DNA from: Candidatus Poribacteria bacterium
GTDB lineage: Bacteria; Poribacteria; WGA-4E; JAJDTR01
DNA length: 64,000 nt
Assembly (NCBI GenBank): GCA_965222225.1
Contig: CBDCTK010000002.1
Span: 736,001-800,000 of the forward strand
Direction of reading: 5' to 3'
Below the pieces are notes generated by a model. The model saw nothing but the letters and a program-made list of their open reading frames with translations, was not told the DNA's origin and did no database searches. The position numbers were made by a program, and so were the translations under genes. Positions within the stretch are counted from its first letter, which is position 1; each line of letters opens with the position of its first letter. Below, one piece after another: positions 18,129 to 28,313 of this stretch.

Positions 18129-20681
18129 TCACAATACCGACTCAAGGGTTGCCCAGAACTCATTCTCATTTTCGTTATTATAAAACGGTACACCCACAAC
18201 TTGGTATTTTTTGGTTTGAAATTCTAGAAGTTTCCCCGACGACTTTTCTTTGATCTGTTTCAAGAAATCTTCCTTCCATCTTTCGTGCTCCTGCAAGTGC
18301 GTTCCCTTTGGTTCAATAAAAATCTGGTAGGTAAGCATCTCTCCGATTTTCGCACGCAGAAAAAGAACAAAATCCGGCTCAAACGCTTGTCCATCGCAGA
18401 AGCTATAAATCTTGAAGTGCCTCTCGTTTCTCACTAAATATATCCCATCGTGGTTCTCTTTTAATGCATCGATTTTGGCGTTGAGCATCCGCACAAATGC
18501 CTTTTCTTCGCTGGTACCGTAGTTGGCATCGAATACATACCAATCCTTATTATTGACAAACTGCTTATCACCATCTGCCCTTTCGGTGCCTTCAACCAGT
18601 TTGAGGGTTTTTTCCGTGAATACTGTGTTGATATGAAGTGGTTTGAAAATCTCTGTGCCTCGGTATTCCGGTACGTTTTTGCGCAGTTCAGACGCGATTC
18701 GGTCAAGCAGCCCTGCCACGGCATCAAGACAAGCTCTGCCGGATAAAGGGTATAGATTATCGTCTTGGAATGTGATTGACAAACCAGCCAAGTACTCATC
18801 CGCCTCAATGAATTGGCGGACGGATTGGATACGAGGGAAATACCTTTTCAAAGACTTGAAAGAAAAGAATCGATTTCGTGCGATGGCCTTTCTGACGATG
18901 TGACGTGGAATGTCTATGATAGGGATACTCTTTTGCTTAGGTTCTGCGATCTGTTCAAATTCGGCATCACTGTCCAGAATTGCTTCAGAAACCCCTCTAC
19001 CGGTTGGTGGCGAATAATGGTAGTTTCTTAGTGACACACCTAAATCGTCGAATGAGGAAACGTATTCACATCCGTTCTTGACGCGTTGATTTCTATAGAC
19101 TAGTCCGCGCTCGTAAAAAGGCGAAGTTCGGAATGACTCTTTTAGTTTTAGAGTTTTTTCAACCGTTCGCTCATCGCGCATTCCCTCTTCTACAAGTGCC
19201 GTGTGAAGTTCTGAGATGTATTTGGAATCATTCAGACTGTGATAATGTAGTTCCTCAAGCACCCGTAGTTCCGCAGTCAAATCTTTGTCAAATTTTCGCC
19301 GGAATGGATCATTATCGTCTTTCGTGACAAACGGGAAATATCGCGCACCGCGTCCGATTAACTGCGCTTCGGCGATTGTGGTTTTGCCGGGTTTTCCCGC
19401 CTTGCCATCGCGAGTGGTATAGCAGCGGACGATATCGAACAAATTAAGCACATCCCATCCTTCATTCAGCTTTTGCACAGCAAAGATGGCGCGCACGCGG
19501 TTGTCGCTGTCTTCAAGGGTGTTAAGCAGAATCTGTTGATTTTCCTTCTCATCCTTTTCGTTCACTGAGATGCAACGGCTCTCATCAAATTCCCTGCGCA
19601 GCCGTTCCGCAAGCTGCCAGGGCGCTATCCGGCTTTCTTGAAAGAATTGAAACGCTCGCTTTACCAGCGGTAAGTCGGACATTTCTTGAATTCGACTAAT
19701 TTCTTCATCCGAAAGGTTTTGAATGATTTTGTGGAAACGGGCTTTATTTTGTTTAGATTGCTCTATTGTCTTTTGTGCTTTAAACAAAATGACCGGTTTT
19801 AGGTTGATACCGTGTTTGACTGCAACTGCTTGTTTATACTGATTGAGAATAAGTGCCTGAATGATTCGGTCCTTTTCCTCGAACTCTGATCGAACGATAT
19901 AGACATCCTTGGAGTAGCCGGAATTCCGAAAATTTCGTAAATCGTAGCGATACAATACCTTCCTGCGGTATTTGTCCACAAGGTTTTTGTGTGCGTAATC
20001 CAAGGTAGCGGTGAATTCCAACAGCAGATTGTCCTCATTTTGACCGAAGACGGATCTCACGGTGTCTTCCCAGCTTGTAAACAGTTCCTCACCGTTTTTG
20101 GTTGAAGCGTTCAAATGATGCCCTTCATCAGCCAAAAGCACGATTTTTTTATTCCTGAAGTCTTCGAGTGTTACGGCATTTTCCTTGTCAGTATTTAGAT
20201 AGTTTTGCAGATTCTGAATGGTAGTGAAATAGATATTGATGTCATTCTCATTAACACCTTCAAAGGTGGTGACCGGGGTCACAGACACATGTTTGGTGCC
20301 AAAAAAGATGGTTTTATTGAAAAGATATTTCGATGACGAGGCATTGAGAAAATTCTGCTTTGTCTTGTCGATGATATTGGTGGCATTAACGAAAAAAAGA
20401 AAGTTCCGATAGCCTTGTTCGTACAGATAGAGGATCAGGCCCGCCATAATGAGCGTCTTGCCGCTGCCAGTTGCCATGTTGAAAAGGAGATGAAGGGGCT
20501 TTTCTATTCCTGGGAAACCCTTAGTGAAGCAATGAAAGAAGCGTACGAAGGCCTCCTTTTGATACGGACGCAATTCAAATGCGGGGTTTAGGTTGTCCGT
20601 CACGACGGCAGGAATATCCTTATATAATTGGTTGTATTCAGAGAGGGTATTTAGTTCCTCATACAGAAATCTTTCCGCCAT
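18129..20681 (-). CDS. res: Type III restriction endonuclease subunit (Res)
   Basis: LRPYQ, MATGSGKT, DEGHH, FTAT, LNEGWDVLN and QLIGRGAR helicase motifs, plus a C-terminal PDF...IEPKG nuclease motif. Confidence 0.93.
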   Translation of the reverse strand: MAERFLYEELNTLSEYNQLYKDIPAVVTDNLNPAFELRPYQKEAFVRFFHCFTKGFPGIEKPLHLLFNMATGSGKTLIMAGLILYLYEQGYRNFLFFVNATNIIDKTKQNFLNASSSKYLFNKTIFFGTKHVSVTPVTTFEGVNENDINIYFTTIQNLQNYLNTDKENAVTLEDFRNKKIVLLADEGHHLNASTKNGEELFTSWEDTVRSVFGQNEDNLLLEFTATLDYAHKNLVDKYRRKVLYRYDLRNFRNSGYSKDVYIVRSEFEEKDRIIQALILNQYKQAVAVKHGINLKPVILFKAQKTIEQSKQNKARFHKIIQNLSDEEISRIQEMSDLPLVKRAFQFFQESRIAPWQLAERLRREFDESRCISVNEKDEKENQQILLNTLEDSDNRVRAIFAVQKLNEGWDVLNLFDIVRCYTTRDGKAGKPGKTTIAEAQLIGRGARYFPFVTKDDNDPFRRKFDKDLTAELRVLEELHYHSLNDSKYISELHTALVEEGMRDERTVEKTLKLKESFRTSPFYERGLVYRNQRVKNGCEYVSSFDDLGVSLRNYHYSPPTGRGVSEAILDSDAEFEQIAEPKQKSIPIIDIPRHIVRKAIARNRFFSFKSLKRYFPRIQSVRQFIEADEYLAGLSITFQDDNLYPLSGRACLDAVAGLLDRIASELRKNVPEYRGTEIFKPLHINTVFTEKTLKLVEGTERADGDKQFVNNKDWYVFDANYGTSEEKAFVRMLNAKIDALKENHDGIYLVRNERHFKIYSFCDGQAFEPDFVLFLRAKIGEMLTYQIFIEPKGTHLQEHERWKEDFLKQIKEKSSGKLLEFQTKKYQVVGVPFYNNENENEFWATLESVL

Positions 20682-20699
20682 TACACATGTCCTTTCAAC

Positions 20700-21437
20700 T
20701 TACTCCCACGTGGGGTTGTCCGCTAGGGAAGATCTAGCAACTGGAACGTCTAAGTTGTAGCGAGCCACGACTGATGTAATCAGTTCTAAGAACCATTCGG
20801 GAGCATAAGGAGCAACGATCACGTCCTGTATTAGGAGAGAAAGATCGACTCCGTAATATTTGCCATTATCGAACATTTCCTGAGAAGTATCAACTTTACC
20901 TTCCTTCGTAGGAATTGTTAGAACGATGGCTCTGACTTCTCGTTCGTGCTCAAAGCTCTTTCGCTTGTGGAGAAAAGGAAAGAGTATATTAGATTCGGGG
21001 ATAAAATCTCTCTCATAATCGACATAGTTAACTTTTCCGATAAAGACATCCTCACGAGTTGTAAAACTCGTTTTGAATGATTTGAAACCGCTCTTAATAG
21101 CAATTCCATCCGTTTCTCGAGAATATAATCTCCACATCGCCGCCGATTCATGGATACTCTCATGCCAGCAACTTATCAGTGTATATCGGCGTACTTCTTT
21201 GGTAAAATGCACCCATCCTTGTAGGGAGTCTTCAGATTTTTTCCCGGCGTACAATTTAGGACGTAGCTCCCTGTTCATTCTTGAGTAAGAACCCTCAAAA
21301 GGGTCGTCAAATTTATCCGCGCGCGCAAAAAACAGGGCACTTCTTTCAAGAAGGGAAACAAACTTGGTAAAGTCTAGGTATCGCCATAAAATTGCATCGT
21401 CGCGTGGAGACGTATAATCTTCATGGTCCTTGTACAT
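20700..21437 (-). CDS. DUF2971-family protein
   Basis: LWRY.DF.KF, F.DPFEG, ISCWH..ESAAMW.LY and KRKSFEHEREVR motifs. Confidence 0.8.
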   Translation of the reverse strand: MYKDHEDYTSPRDDAILWRYLDFTKFVSLLERSALFFARADKFDDPFEGSYSRMNRELRPKLYAGKKSEDSLQGWVHFTKEVRRYTLISCWHESIHESAAMWRLYSRETDGIAIKSGFKSFKTSFTTREDVFIGKVNYVDYERDFIPESNILFPFLHKRKSFEHEREVRAIVLTIPTKEGKVDTSQEMFDNGKYYGVDLSLLIQDVIVAPYAPEWFLELITSVVARYNLDVPVARSSLADNPTWE

Positions 21438-21579
21438 CTATAAACCTCTTGCACAAGTAAAATATTGGAAAACTTCAATAATTTGCAACTATAGCCATTA
21501 TCTTACGAAATCTCACAAATGCTATCCGAGACAGGCGAACGCGCAATTGATTTTGTCTACCAAGTAACACTCGACATTG

Positions 21580-21644
21580 CGCTCCTCTGGAGCGCGGGAA
21601 TTTGGACATACCGCATTCTATCAACATACCGATCCTCTGGATCG
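21580..21644. repeat. Paired short hairpin repeats
   Basis: cgctcc-tct-ggagcg (21580-21594) and cgatcc-tct-ggatcg (21630-21644), exactly 50 bp apart, each preceded by acat. Confidence 0.6.
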
Positions 21645-21748
21645 AAAACCTGGATTCTATGTAATAATAAGTGTTACTTGCTGAAAGAATTATTCCGACA
21701 GGGATAATGGCGCACTCTCAAGTGCACTACCAAATCTGAGATTTGTTT

Positions 21749-24311
21749 TCAACTCGGCAGATACTTGTCATGGAGTTGTTCCTTGACAACGCCCTCCGAT
21801 ATCCATTCATCGACCTGTTCGTCTGGATACCCAATCTCCAACAGAACCTCTCTCGTGTCACTTCCAATCTTCGGCATTGGGCGTCCCAATCTGATTGACG
21901 CATTCTTCAAGCGGGCATACATCGGTGAGGGAGTATCCACCGGATTTCCGATGGGGTGGTCCATCATCCGGATGACGGAAATCGAACGACCATCGTCCCA
22001 CTCGTCAACCGATGCATCGGTATTGACCTGATGTAGATAGGCGTCGCGAATATCTTCAAGGCAGTCCACGCGATGGCAGCCCAAGTCCACATCTTGAAAA
22101 ATCTCAAGCCAAAAATCCAAAGGTTGTTTCCGAATCGCCTTTTCCAAGAACTGGGTCTGTCCCTCATCTGATACGTCCGTGACAGGAAATTCGGACAATG
22201 TCGGAATCTGCTTCACCTTACTCCGATCCGATGTCTTGCCGGCAAGGAATAGCCATCCATCGCTGGCGCGGTATATCCTATACAGCGCATGTTCGCCCGT
22301 GGCATCTTGGCCCTGCGGTTCGTCCCCGATGATCGATGTGTCTTCGTGGCATACATTAACGGGGCCTGCACCAACTGAGCTCCCTGCGCAAGTGAGGTCA
22401 TTGCTGGGTCACCTTTCCCGCTTCGCTTGCGTTTGAACAGCGCCAACGCCGCGCCAAAGCTGGCTGAGTAGCCCGTCAGGTAATCGACGCAGGATGCCCA
22501 TCCGTGTAACATGGGGCTCTGCCCCTTTCCACCGTAGCGAAGCATAATGCCAGTGGCAGCTTGTAACACGGGATCGAACCCTCTCCGATTGCCCCAAGGA
22601 CCGGGGCGAGGTCCGTTGAATGCGGTAAGGTGCACACAGATGATGTCCGGGTTGTGCCGCTTCAAACTTTCGTAGTCAACGCCTATCCGCTCGGGCACGC
22701 CCGGGCTAAAATTGTGGACAACGACATCCGCCGTGTTCACCAGTTCATGGAAAATGTTTCTTCCGTCTTCGCTCTTAATGTCTAGAATAATACTACGTTT
22801 CCCTTGGCTGACCTCCATGGCGCTCCAACACACTATCCCGGGACCAAAATATGGCGATGGCGGGTCGATTTTGATGACATCCGCGCCGTATTCTGCAAGC
22901 GTGCGTGCGCTCGCGGGGCCTGCAAGCACCGTCGAAAGATCCAAGACCTTCAACCCGTCTAGGATTAGTTTCTTCGGCACTTCCGTCGATCGAATTCCTT
23001 CCGCATCGGATAGATGTGTACGGTCGGTAGACATCTCATCAAATTCACCCGTAAACTGTGTAGCCGGTTTTGGTTGCAGCCATTCGTCAGGGGTTTTTGA
23101 GAGCGATGTTTGAACTCCGAATTGCCGCATCTTTCCGTGGTCAGGATCATCAACTGTGACCGTTAACGCGGCAGCCTCTGGTTCGGGGGCGAGTAACCAA
23201 TCCTGAGCGGTTCGATGGACGGTGAACGGAACACCGGCGGCACGTATTGCTTGCTCCCAGTGAGTTGCCGGTTTTGTCAAAAACGCAGTTGTCATCCGCT
23301 CCGTGATTGTGTTATTCCACGCCTTGGAAAGACCGCCGGGATTCTGCACATTATTGGTCCGTTCAAGATTTTCGTAACACGGTACATTGACCATGTCATC
23401 ACGGAGAAGCTGGTCGTATATCCCCAGCGCTTTGAACAGTCGAATTGTAAGCCTGCCGTTACCCGCGGTATGGAGATGCACCCAGTTGTCGTCGCCCGTT
23501 AGGTACGTCGAAAAAAGTGGCGACCCCAAGTCCGACGCCTCACGCCAATGTGCTTGTCGATCTTTATAGCTCATTTTTTCTACGCGAGCGCGTTCGTCGC
23601 GTAGTTGTGCGTTGTCAGACATCTTTGACGATCGACTTCCGTAGTTAGCCGGGGGTTTTTCCACATGGAGGATCATCCCACTCATCGCCGACATCGCCGC
23701 ACCCACGAGCGGGACTTCAATCACCTCACCACTACCGGTTTCCTCTCGTGCGTATTATGCCAAGACAACCGCGAGTGCGCCGTGAATCGCACCGTAGGCG
23801 GACCCCAGCGGAATCGGCGTGTATACACTGGCGGGGCACCGAGGAGTCTCCGTTTAGCGGGGTGCAGATCCCAGTACAGACCGCTAGCCGCGCCGACGAT
23901 GCCTTCAAAAGCGCGAATTGAACGTTTCTCACTATCCGTCGAGGCAAACCCCGGCAGGGACAGATAAATCAGCCGGGGGTTTAGCCGCCTGGCCTCATCA
24001 TGCCCTAACCCGAGGCGAGTCAATACGCCGGGACGGAAGTTCTCAATTAGAACATCCGCAGATTCGATCAATTTTTTTGCAGTTTCGAAATCATCCGGCG
24101 TTTTCAGATTGAGTTGTAACTTCTGTTTGCCTCGATTGAAGGTCGCGTTGGCTGGCGTGTCATAGTCGGGTGTACCCGGTCGATCAATTTTGACAACTTC
24201 GGCTCCTTGATCTGCGAGGAGCATACCCACAAGGGGACCGGCAATGTAGTGACCAAAATCAATGACACGAATGCCCGTTAGCGGGGGTTGTATTTCTAGC
24301 GTTGTGTCCAT
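21749..24311 (-). pseudogene. Tandem-domain class III CoA-transferase (CaiB/BaiF), disrupted
   Basis: Two CaiB domains (L.GIRVIDFGHYIAGP..LADQGAEV; LDGLKVLDLSTVLAGP..LAEYGADV). Frameshift near 23822, TAA at 23755-23757 in the restored frame (AVVLA*YARE), second frameshift near 22328. Confidence 0.88.
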
Positions 24312-24437
24312 TGTAACAGCCTTTTTTCAGAAACGTGATGTGAACAAATTTCAATATAATAATCTATCTTTTGAAGCGACTAAGAAGAATAGGATTGAAG
24401 AATGGAAAGTTCTCTTCCACGCCACCCTCAGCAAATA

Positions 24438-24468
24438 GTTGGGTTTCGCTGCGCTCAACCCAACCTAC
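24438..24468 (-). repeat. REP-like element overlapping the ackA stop
   Basis: GTAGGTTGGGTTGAGCGCAGCGAAACCCAAC palindrome; supplies the last ackA codons and the stop. Confidence 0.75.
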
Positions 24469-25669
24469 GAACTTCCTGCTGGGAGATGACATCTGCTGTC
24501 TCTCTGGCAACAATGATTTCTTCATTTGTCGGAACGACGAGAATCTTTACACGACTCTCGCCGGTGGAAATCTCTCCTTCACCGGTGTGACGTTCATTCT
24601 TGTCCGGATCGAGTCGAATACCACACCATTCCAGTCCATCACAGATAGTGGACCGAGCGGTAATGCTTTTTTCACCTATTCCCCCAGCGAATGCAATGAC
24701 ATCAACTCCTCCGAGCGCAGCGATGTAGGCGCCGATGTATTTCTTGACGCCGTAAAAATAGGTGTCCATCGCGAGTCGGGCATCGTCATTGCCAGCGTTG
24801 GCGGCGGCTTCCACATCTCGCAGGTCGCCGCTTACCCCGGAGATGCCGAGTAGCCCAGACTCTTGGATTAGCTGGCGTCGAATTTCGTTGGTGCCCCATC
24901 CCTCCTTGTCCATCACGTAGAGAACGGCGAATGGATCGAGATCCCCGCTGCGCGTTGACTGGATCACGCCGTATTGGGTTGAAGTGCCTAAAGTTGTGTC
25001 AATTGACTGGCCATCTCGAATGGCACACAAGGATGAGCTTCCACCAAGATGGCAAGAGATAATCCGCAACTCGCGACGATCTTCTTCAAGCAGTTGGGGC
25101 ACCCGCTCAGAGACGTAACGGTGCGATGCACCGTGAAATCCGTAGCGCCTAATCTTATGGCGTTCAACCCAAGTGCGGGGCACGCCGAACTCGTAGGCGT
25201 AATCGCAAATTGTCTGATGGAACCAGGTTTCAAAGACAGCAACAAGCGGGGTGTTCGGGAGGAGTTCTTGAAAGCTGCGTATTGACGCGATATACGCAGG
25301 GTTGTGAGTCGGTGCAAGGGGAATATACGCTTCAAGCGCTTTAATCACATCATCGGTAATTAATGCAGAACGCCATATATCCTTGGCAATGATGGTTTTG
25401 AATCCAACTCCCGCCAACTCTTTGAAATCTCTAATTACCGGCGCGTCACCGTTGGTAATCAGATTAATCGCGTGTTCAATAGCCGCATTATGATTTTCAG
25501 CACCAATCTCTCCCTGAATCTCGCGTTTTCCCGGAACGGAATGGTTAAACAACGATGGTGGATTGCCGATCCGTTCCACCATCCCTTTGACAAGAGAGTG
25601 TGATGTTTCAACGTCGATAATCTGGTATTTGAATGAGGTGCTTCCGACGTTAGCGCAGAGAATCAGCAT
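24455..25669 (-). CDS. ackA: Acetate/propionate kinase
   Basis: NVGSTSFKY, APTHNP, RRYGFHGASH, CHLGGSSS, TRSGDLDP, FAGGIGE and PTNEE motifs. Confidence 0.93.
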   Translation of the reverse strand: MLILCANVGSTSFKYQIIDVETSHSLVKGMVERIGNPPSLFNHSVPGKREIQGEIGAENHNAAIEHAINLITNGDAPVIRDFKELAGVGFKTIIAKDIWRSALITDDVIKALEAYIPLAPTHNPAYIASIRSFQELLPNTPLVAVFETWFHQTICDYAYEFGVPRTWVERHKIRRYGFHGASHRYVSERVPQLLEEDRRELRIISCHLGGSSSLCAIRDGQSIDTTLGTSTQYGVIQSTRSGDLDPFAVLYVMDKEGWGTNEIRRQLIQESGLLGISGVSGDLRDVEAAANAGNDDARLAMDTYFYGVKKYIGAYIAALGGVDVIAFAGGIGEKSITARSTICDGLEWCGIRLDPDKNERHTGEGEISTGESRVKILVVPTNEEIIVARETADVISQQEVRRLG

Positions 25670-25705
25670 GTTGTTTCTTTACTGAGAAGCTCAAAATCTA
25701 ACAAG

Positions 25706-25738
25706 AAAAAAGCGATGCGCCTTGGCATCGCTTTATTT
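25706..25738 (-). terminator. Intrinsic (probably bidirectional) terminator downstream of pafA
   Basis: Stem aaagcgatgc/gcatcgcttt with a 6-nt loop; U-run on the minus strand. Confidence 0.6.
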
Positions 25739-25982
25739 GATAGTTTTCTCTCTATGAATATACGTCATCAAACTTACGCATTTCGGACTCTTGAAGCCAA
25801 AATGACTCTTGGAAGAAACCGAGATTTCAAGAAATAACTCGGTTCCTAACTTACAAGAATTGCGGCTTGCGTTTGACTTTGATGAATTATCGACTCACTT
25901 GGGAAAGGCACAATTTGTTCAAATCAGGAGAACCTCTCGGGGCAACGACCCTTGGCGCCATTCCCCAGATAATCTTTGAAAT

Positions 25983-27485
25983 CTATTCTGCTCTCACTCG
26001 TTGCAGTCGTGTTCTTCGAGAATTTTGTCGATGTGATTGATCTTGTTTTTCCCGCTGCGGAACCATTCTTGGCTGCCGACTCAGGCGTTTCAGTAAACCC
26101 TCGACTTCTTCCTCGTAGGTTTGAAATGGGTCTTCCATTTCAAACGGCTCCTCGTGGGTAAAGTAGATTTGATGCCAGTCAACGATACACGGCATATTAT
26201 TTTGAGAAAGGTAACGCATGACAGCGGCGCGCGCTTTCGCGCGTGTGGCTTGCGGGGCATTGCGAATCGCGGTGTCAATCTTCTCCGGTGTTACAAGCTG
26301 AATCATTTCCCCTTGGTTTTCCAATTCGTAATAAAGACTCCGGTCAGGGTGAATATGGTGATATTCCAAGTCAAGGCTTTCGAGCCAAGGATCGTCCCAA
26401 CTTAGACCCTCATCCTCCATAAACGCCTCAAGCAACCATTTCTTTGCCGCCCAATCAACCCGATCGCGTACACTTCGCCAATCTTGTTCAAGATCGCCTA
26501 ACACGGATTCCCAATTTGCCAACACCCAATCCGTGTCATCGTCTTGTCCTTTCAAAATCTTTTGTGCAAGTTCAAGGTATTTGCGTTGGAGGTCGATCGC
26601 CGAGATTGTTTCGCCGGACTCAAGCTCGACAATCCATTGTAGGCTTTGGTCTCGCGAGATATCTTTCAAGGCACCCACCGGATCGGTTAAAGCAATATTA
26701 GCCGGTTGATGCCCTCTTTCGATGAGGTCAAGCACCAGCGATGTCGTTCCAACTTTCAGCGCGGTAGCGTATTCGGACATATTGGTGTCTCCAACGAGCA
26801 GGTGGAGACGACGATATTTCGTGTAGTCCGATAGCGGCTCATCACGTGTGTTAATGATTGCCCTACTAAACTGGATCCATTCATAAATCTCGGTGACGAT
26901 GTGATCCGCACGTTGAGATATCTGAAAGCCGTGAAATGCATCAGAACGAGGTTGAACGTCTTCGAATTCCAGAATCTCCTCATACCCTCCAACCCTGCCT
27001 GCCCCTGCATATATTTGCCTCGTAACGAAAAACGGCATCAGTGCCGGAATAACAACTCTGTAGAATGGAATGTCACGCCGGAGTTGGTAGTTTTCATGAC
27101 AGCCGAAAGTTGCACCTGTAAAATGGTCAATGTTATTCTTGAAGAACGAAACGGCCTCATTTAGTCCCAACTCATCCGTGATATGTGCTATCAAGCGTTC
27201 AATTGCTTTGTCGTAGGCAACGATCGACAGGAGGTCAACGCACTCAGGGGTTGCATACTCAAGGTGCCCCATGTCTATATAAAGTCGCCCACCGTTGAAA
27301 AGGAAGCCGCCATTACCCGGCGGTTCGCCGTAGTCGCGATAATGGATGTCAGAAATACCGAGTTGTAGCTCGTGGAAGACGTGATCTCGGACTACGGAAG
27401 CGATTCCTTCGGACGAGATACTTAGTTGGTTCGCTTCAATCATGCATCCGAATTCTGTTTCGATTCCAAATATGCGCTTGCTCAA
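25983..27485 (-). CDS. pafA: Pup/UBact-protein ligase
   Basis: RIFGIETEFG, NGGRLYIDMGHLEYATPEC, GCHENY, SQRAD, IINTRDEP, RRLHLLVGD and DLEYH motifs; lacks the Dop loop. Confidence 0.92.
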   Translation of the reverse strand: MSKRIFGIETEFGCMIEANQLSISSEGIASVVRDHVFHELQLGISDIHYRDYGEPPGNGGFLFNGGRLYIDMGHLEYATPECVDLLSIVAYDKAIERLIAHITDELGLNEAVSFFKNNIDHFTGATFGCHENYQLRRDIPFYRVVIPALMPFFVTRQIYAGAGRVGGYEEILEFEDVQPRSDAFHGFQISQRADHIVTEIYEWIQFSRAIINTRDEPLSDYTKYRRLHLLVGDTNMSEYATALKVGTTSLVLDLIERGHQPANIALTDPVGALKDISRDQSLQWIVELESGETISAIDLQRKYLELAQKILKGQDDDTDWVLANWESVLGDLEQDWRSVRDRVDWAAKKWLLEAFMEDEGLSWDDPWLESLDLEYHHIHPDRSLYYELENQGEMIQLVTPEKIDTAIRNAPQATRAKARAAVMRYLSQNNMPCIVDWHQIYFTHEEPFEMEDPFQTYEEEVEGLLKRLSRQPRMVPQREKQDQSHRQNSRRTRLQRVRAE

Positions 27486-27527
27486 AATCTTCCTCGGGTG
27501 TTTCGGCGTTAGCCATAAAGGATTGTG

Positions 27528-28313
27528 TTACAACCAATCGGCGGTCAGGCTTTCAATTTCCTCCGGTTGAAGTAAGCGGAATTTGTTATTACCTCGACGT
27601 GTGATGTCCAAAACCGCAGCTTCAATTTGACCGTCTTTCAACTCTTCCTTCAGGACATCGTGCACCTGCTCACGATTTGCGTGTAATTCAACGTCTTCAG
27701 TCGAATTGGAACCATCATCTTCCTGTAGGCTTAAACCTCGCCCCACTGCCCACACCTCCAAAGCCAAGCGTGTAGTAGAAATAAGGGTTGCATCGCTCGA
27801 ATCGGAAGCAGCCAAATATTGGTGCATCGCATTTTCAATGGCGTCGGTGCCTCCAATCAATTGAGCACGACGATCTGTCGTGACAGTGCCATCATAGCTT
27901 ATGGAAACGAACTGGTTTTCCTTACCGTGCGTTCCTAATTCAGCCAATAGCATCTTGATGATGGGAGCGGCTCCGAACACGGACTCGAATGCTTGTTTAA
28001 TTGCGGGGCAAAGAACAAAGTTCGCTAGTCGATGCAGCGTTACATCGTCCACCGAGTTTTGAAATCCTTGCACAGAGGCAGTATCCGTCGCCAACATTCG
28101 CAACTGCTCTATATAGGCGGGGTGACCGATCGCGGACAATGCGGTTAGGTTGTGTACTTCAAAAATTTTACGCTGACCACCTCCGACCGTGAGAAGCAAC
28201 ATCCCGTCGGTGTAGTTCAACCCAACGACAGGACTGCCCGGCCGAAGCTGGTCTTCAATGTAATCTCTACGATCATTTATCGCCTCTATCCAGCGATATG
28301 GTTCATCTAGCAT
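27528..28313 (-). CDS. prcA: 20S proteasome alpha subunit
   Basis: DRRDY..GSPVVG...GMLL...RKIFEV pattern with C-terminal EAAVL..R...KFR; follows prcB. Confidence 0.88.
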   Translation of the reverse strand: MLDEPYRWIEAINDRRDYIEDQLRPGSPVVGLNYTDGMLLLTVGGGQRKIFEVHNLTALSAIGHPAYIEQLRMLATDTASVQGFQNSVDDVTLHRLANFVLCPAIKQAFESVFGAAPIIKMLLAELGTHGKENQFVSISYDGTVTTDRRAQLIGGTDAIENAMHQYLAASDSSDATLISTTRLALEVWAVGRGLSLQEDDGSNSTEDVELHANREQVHDVLKEELKDGQIEAAVLDITRRGNNKFRLLQPEEIESLTADWL

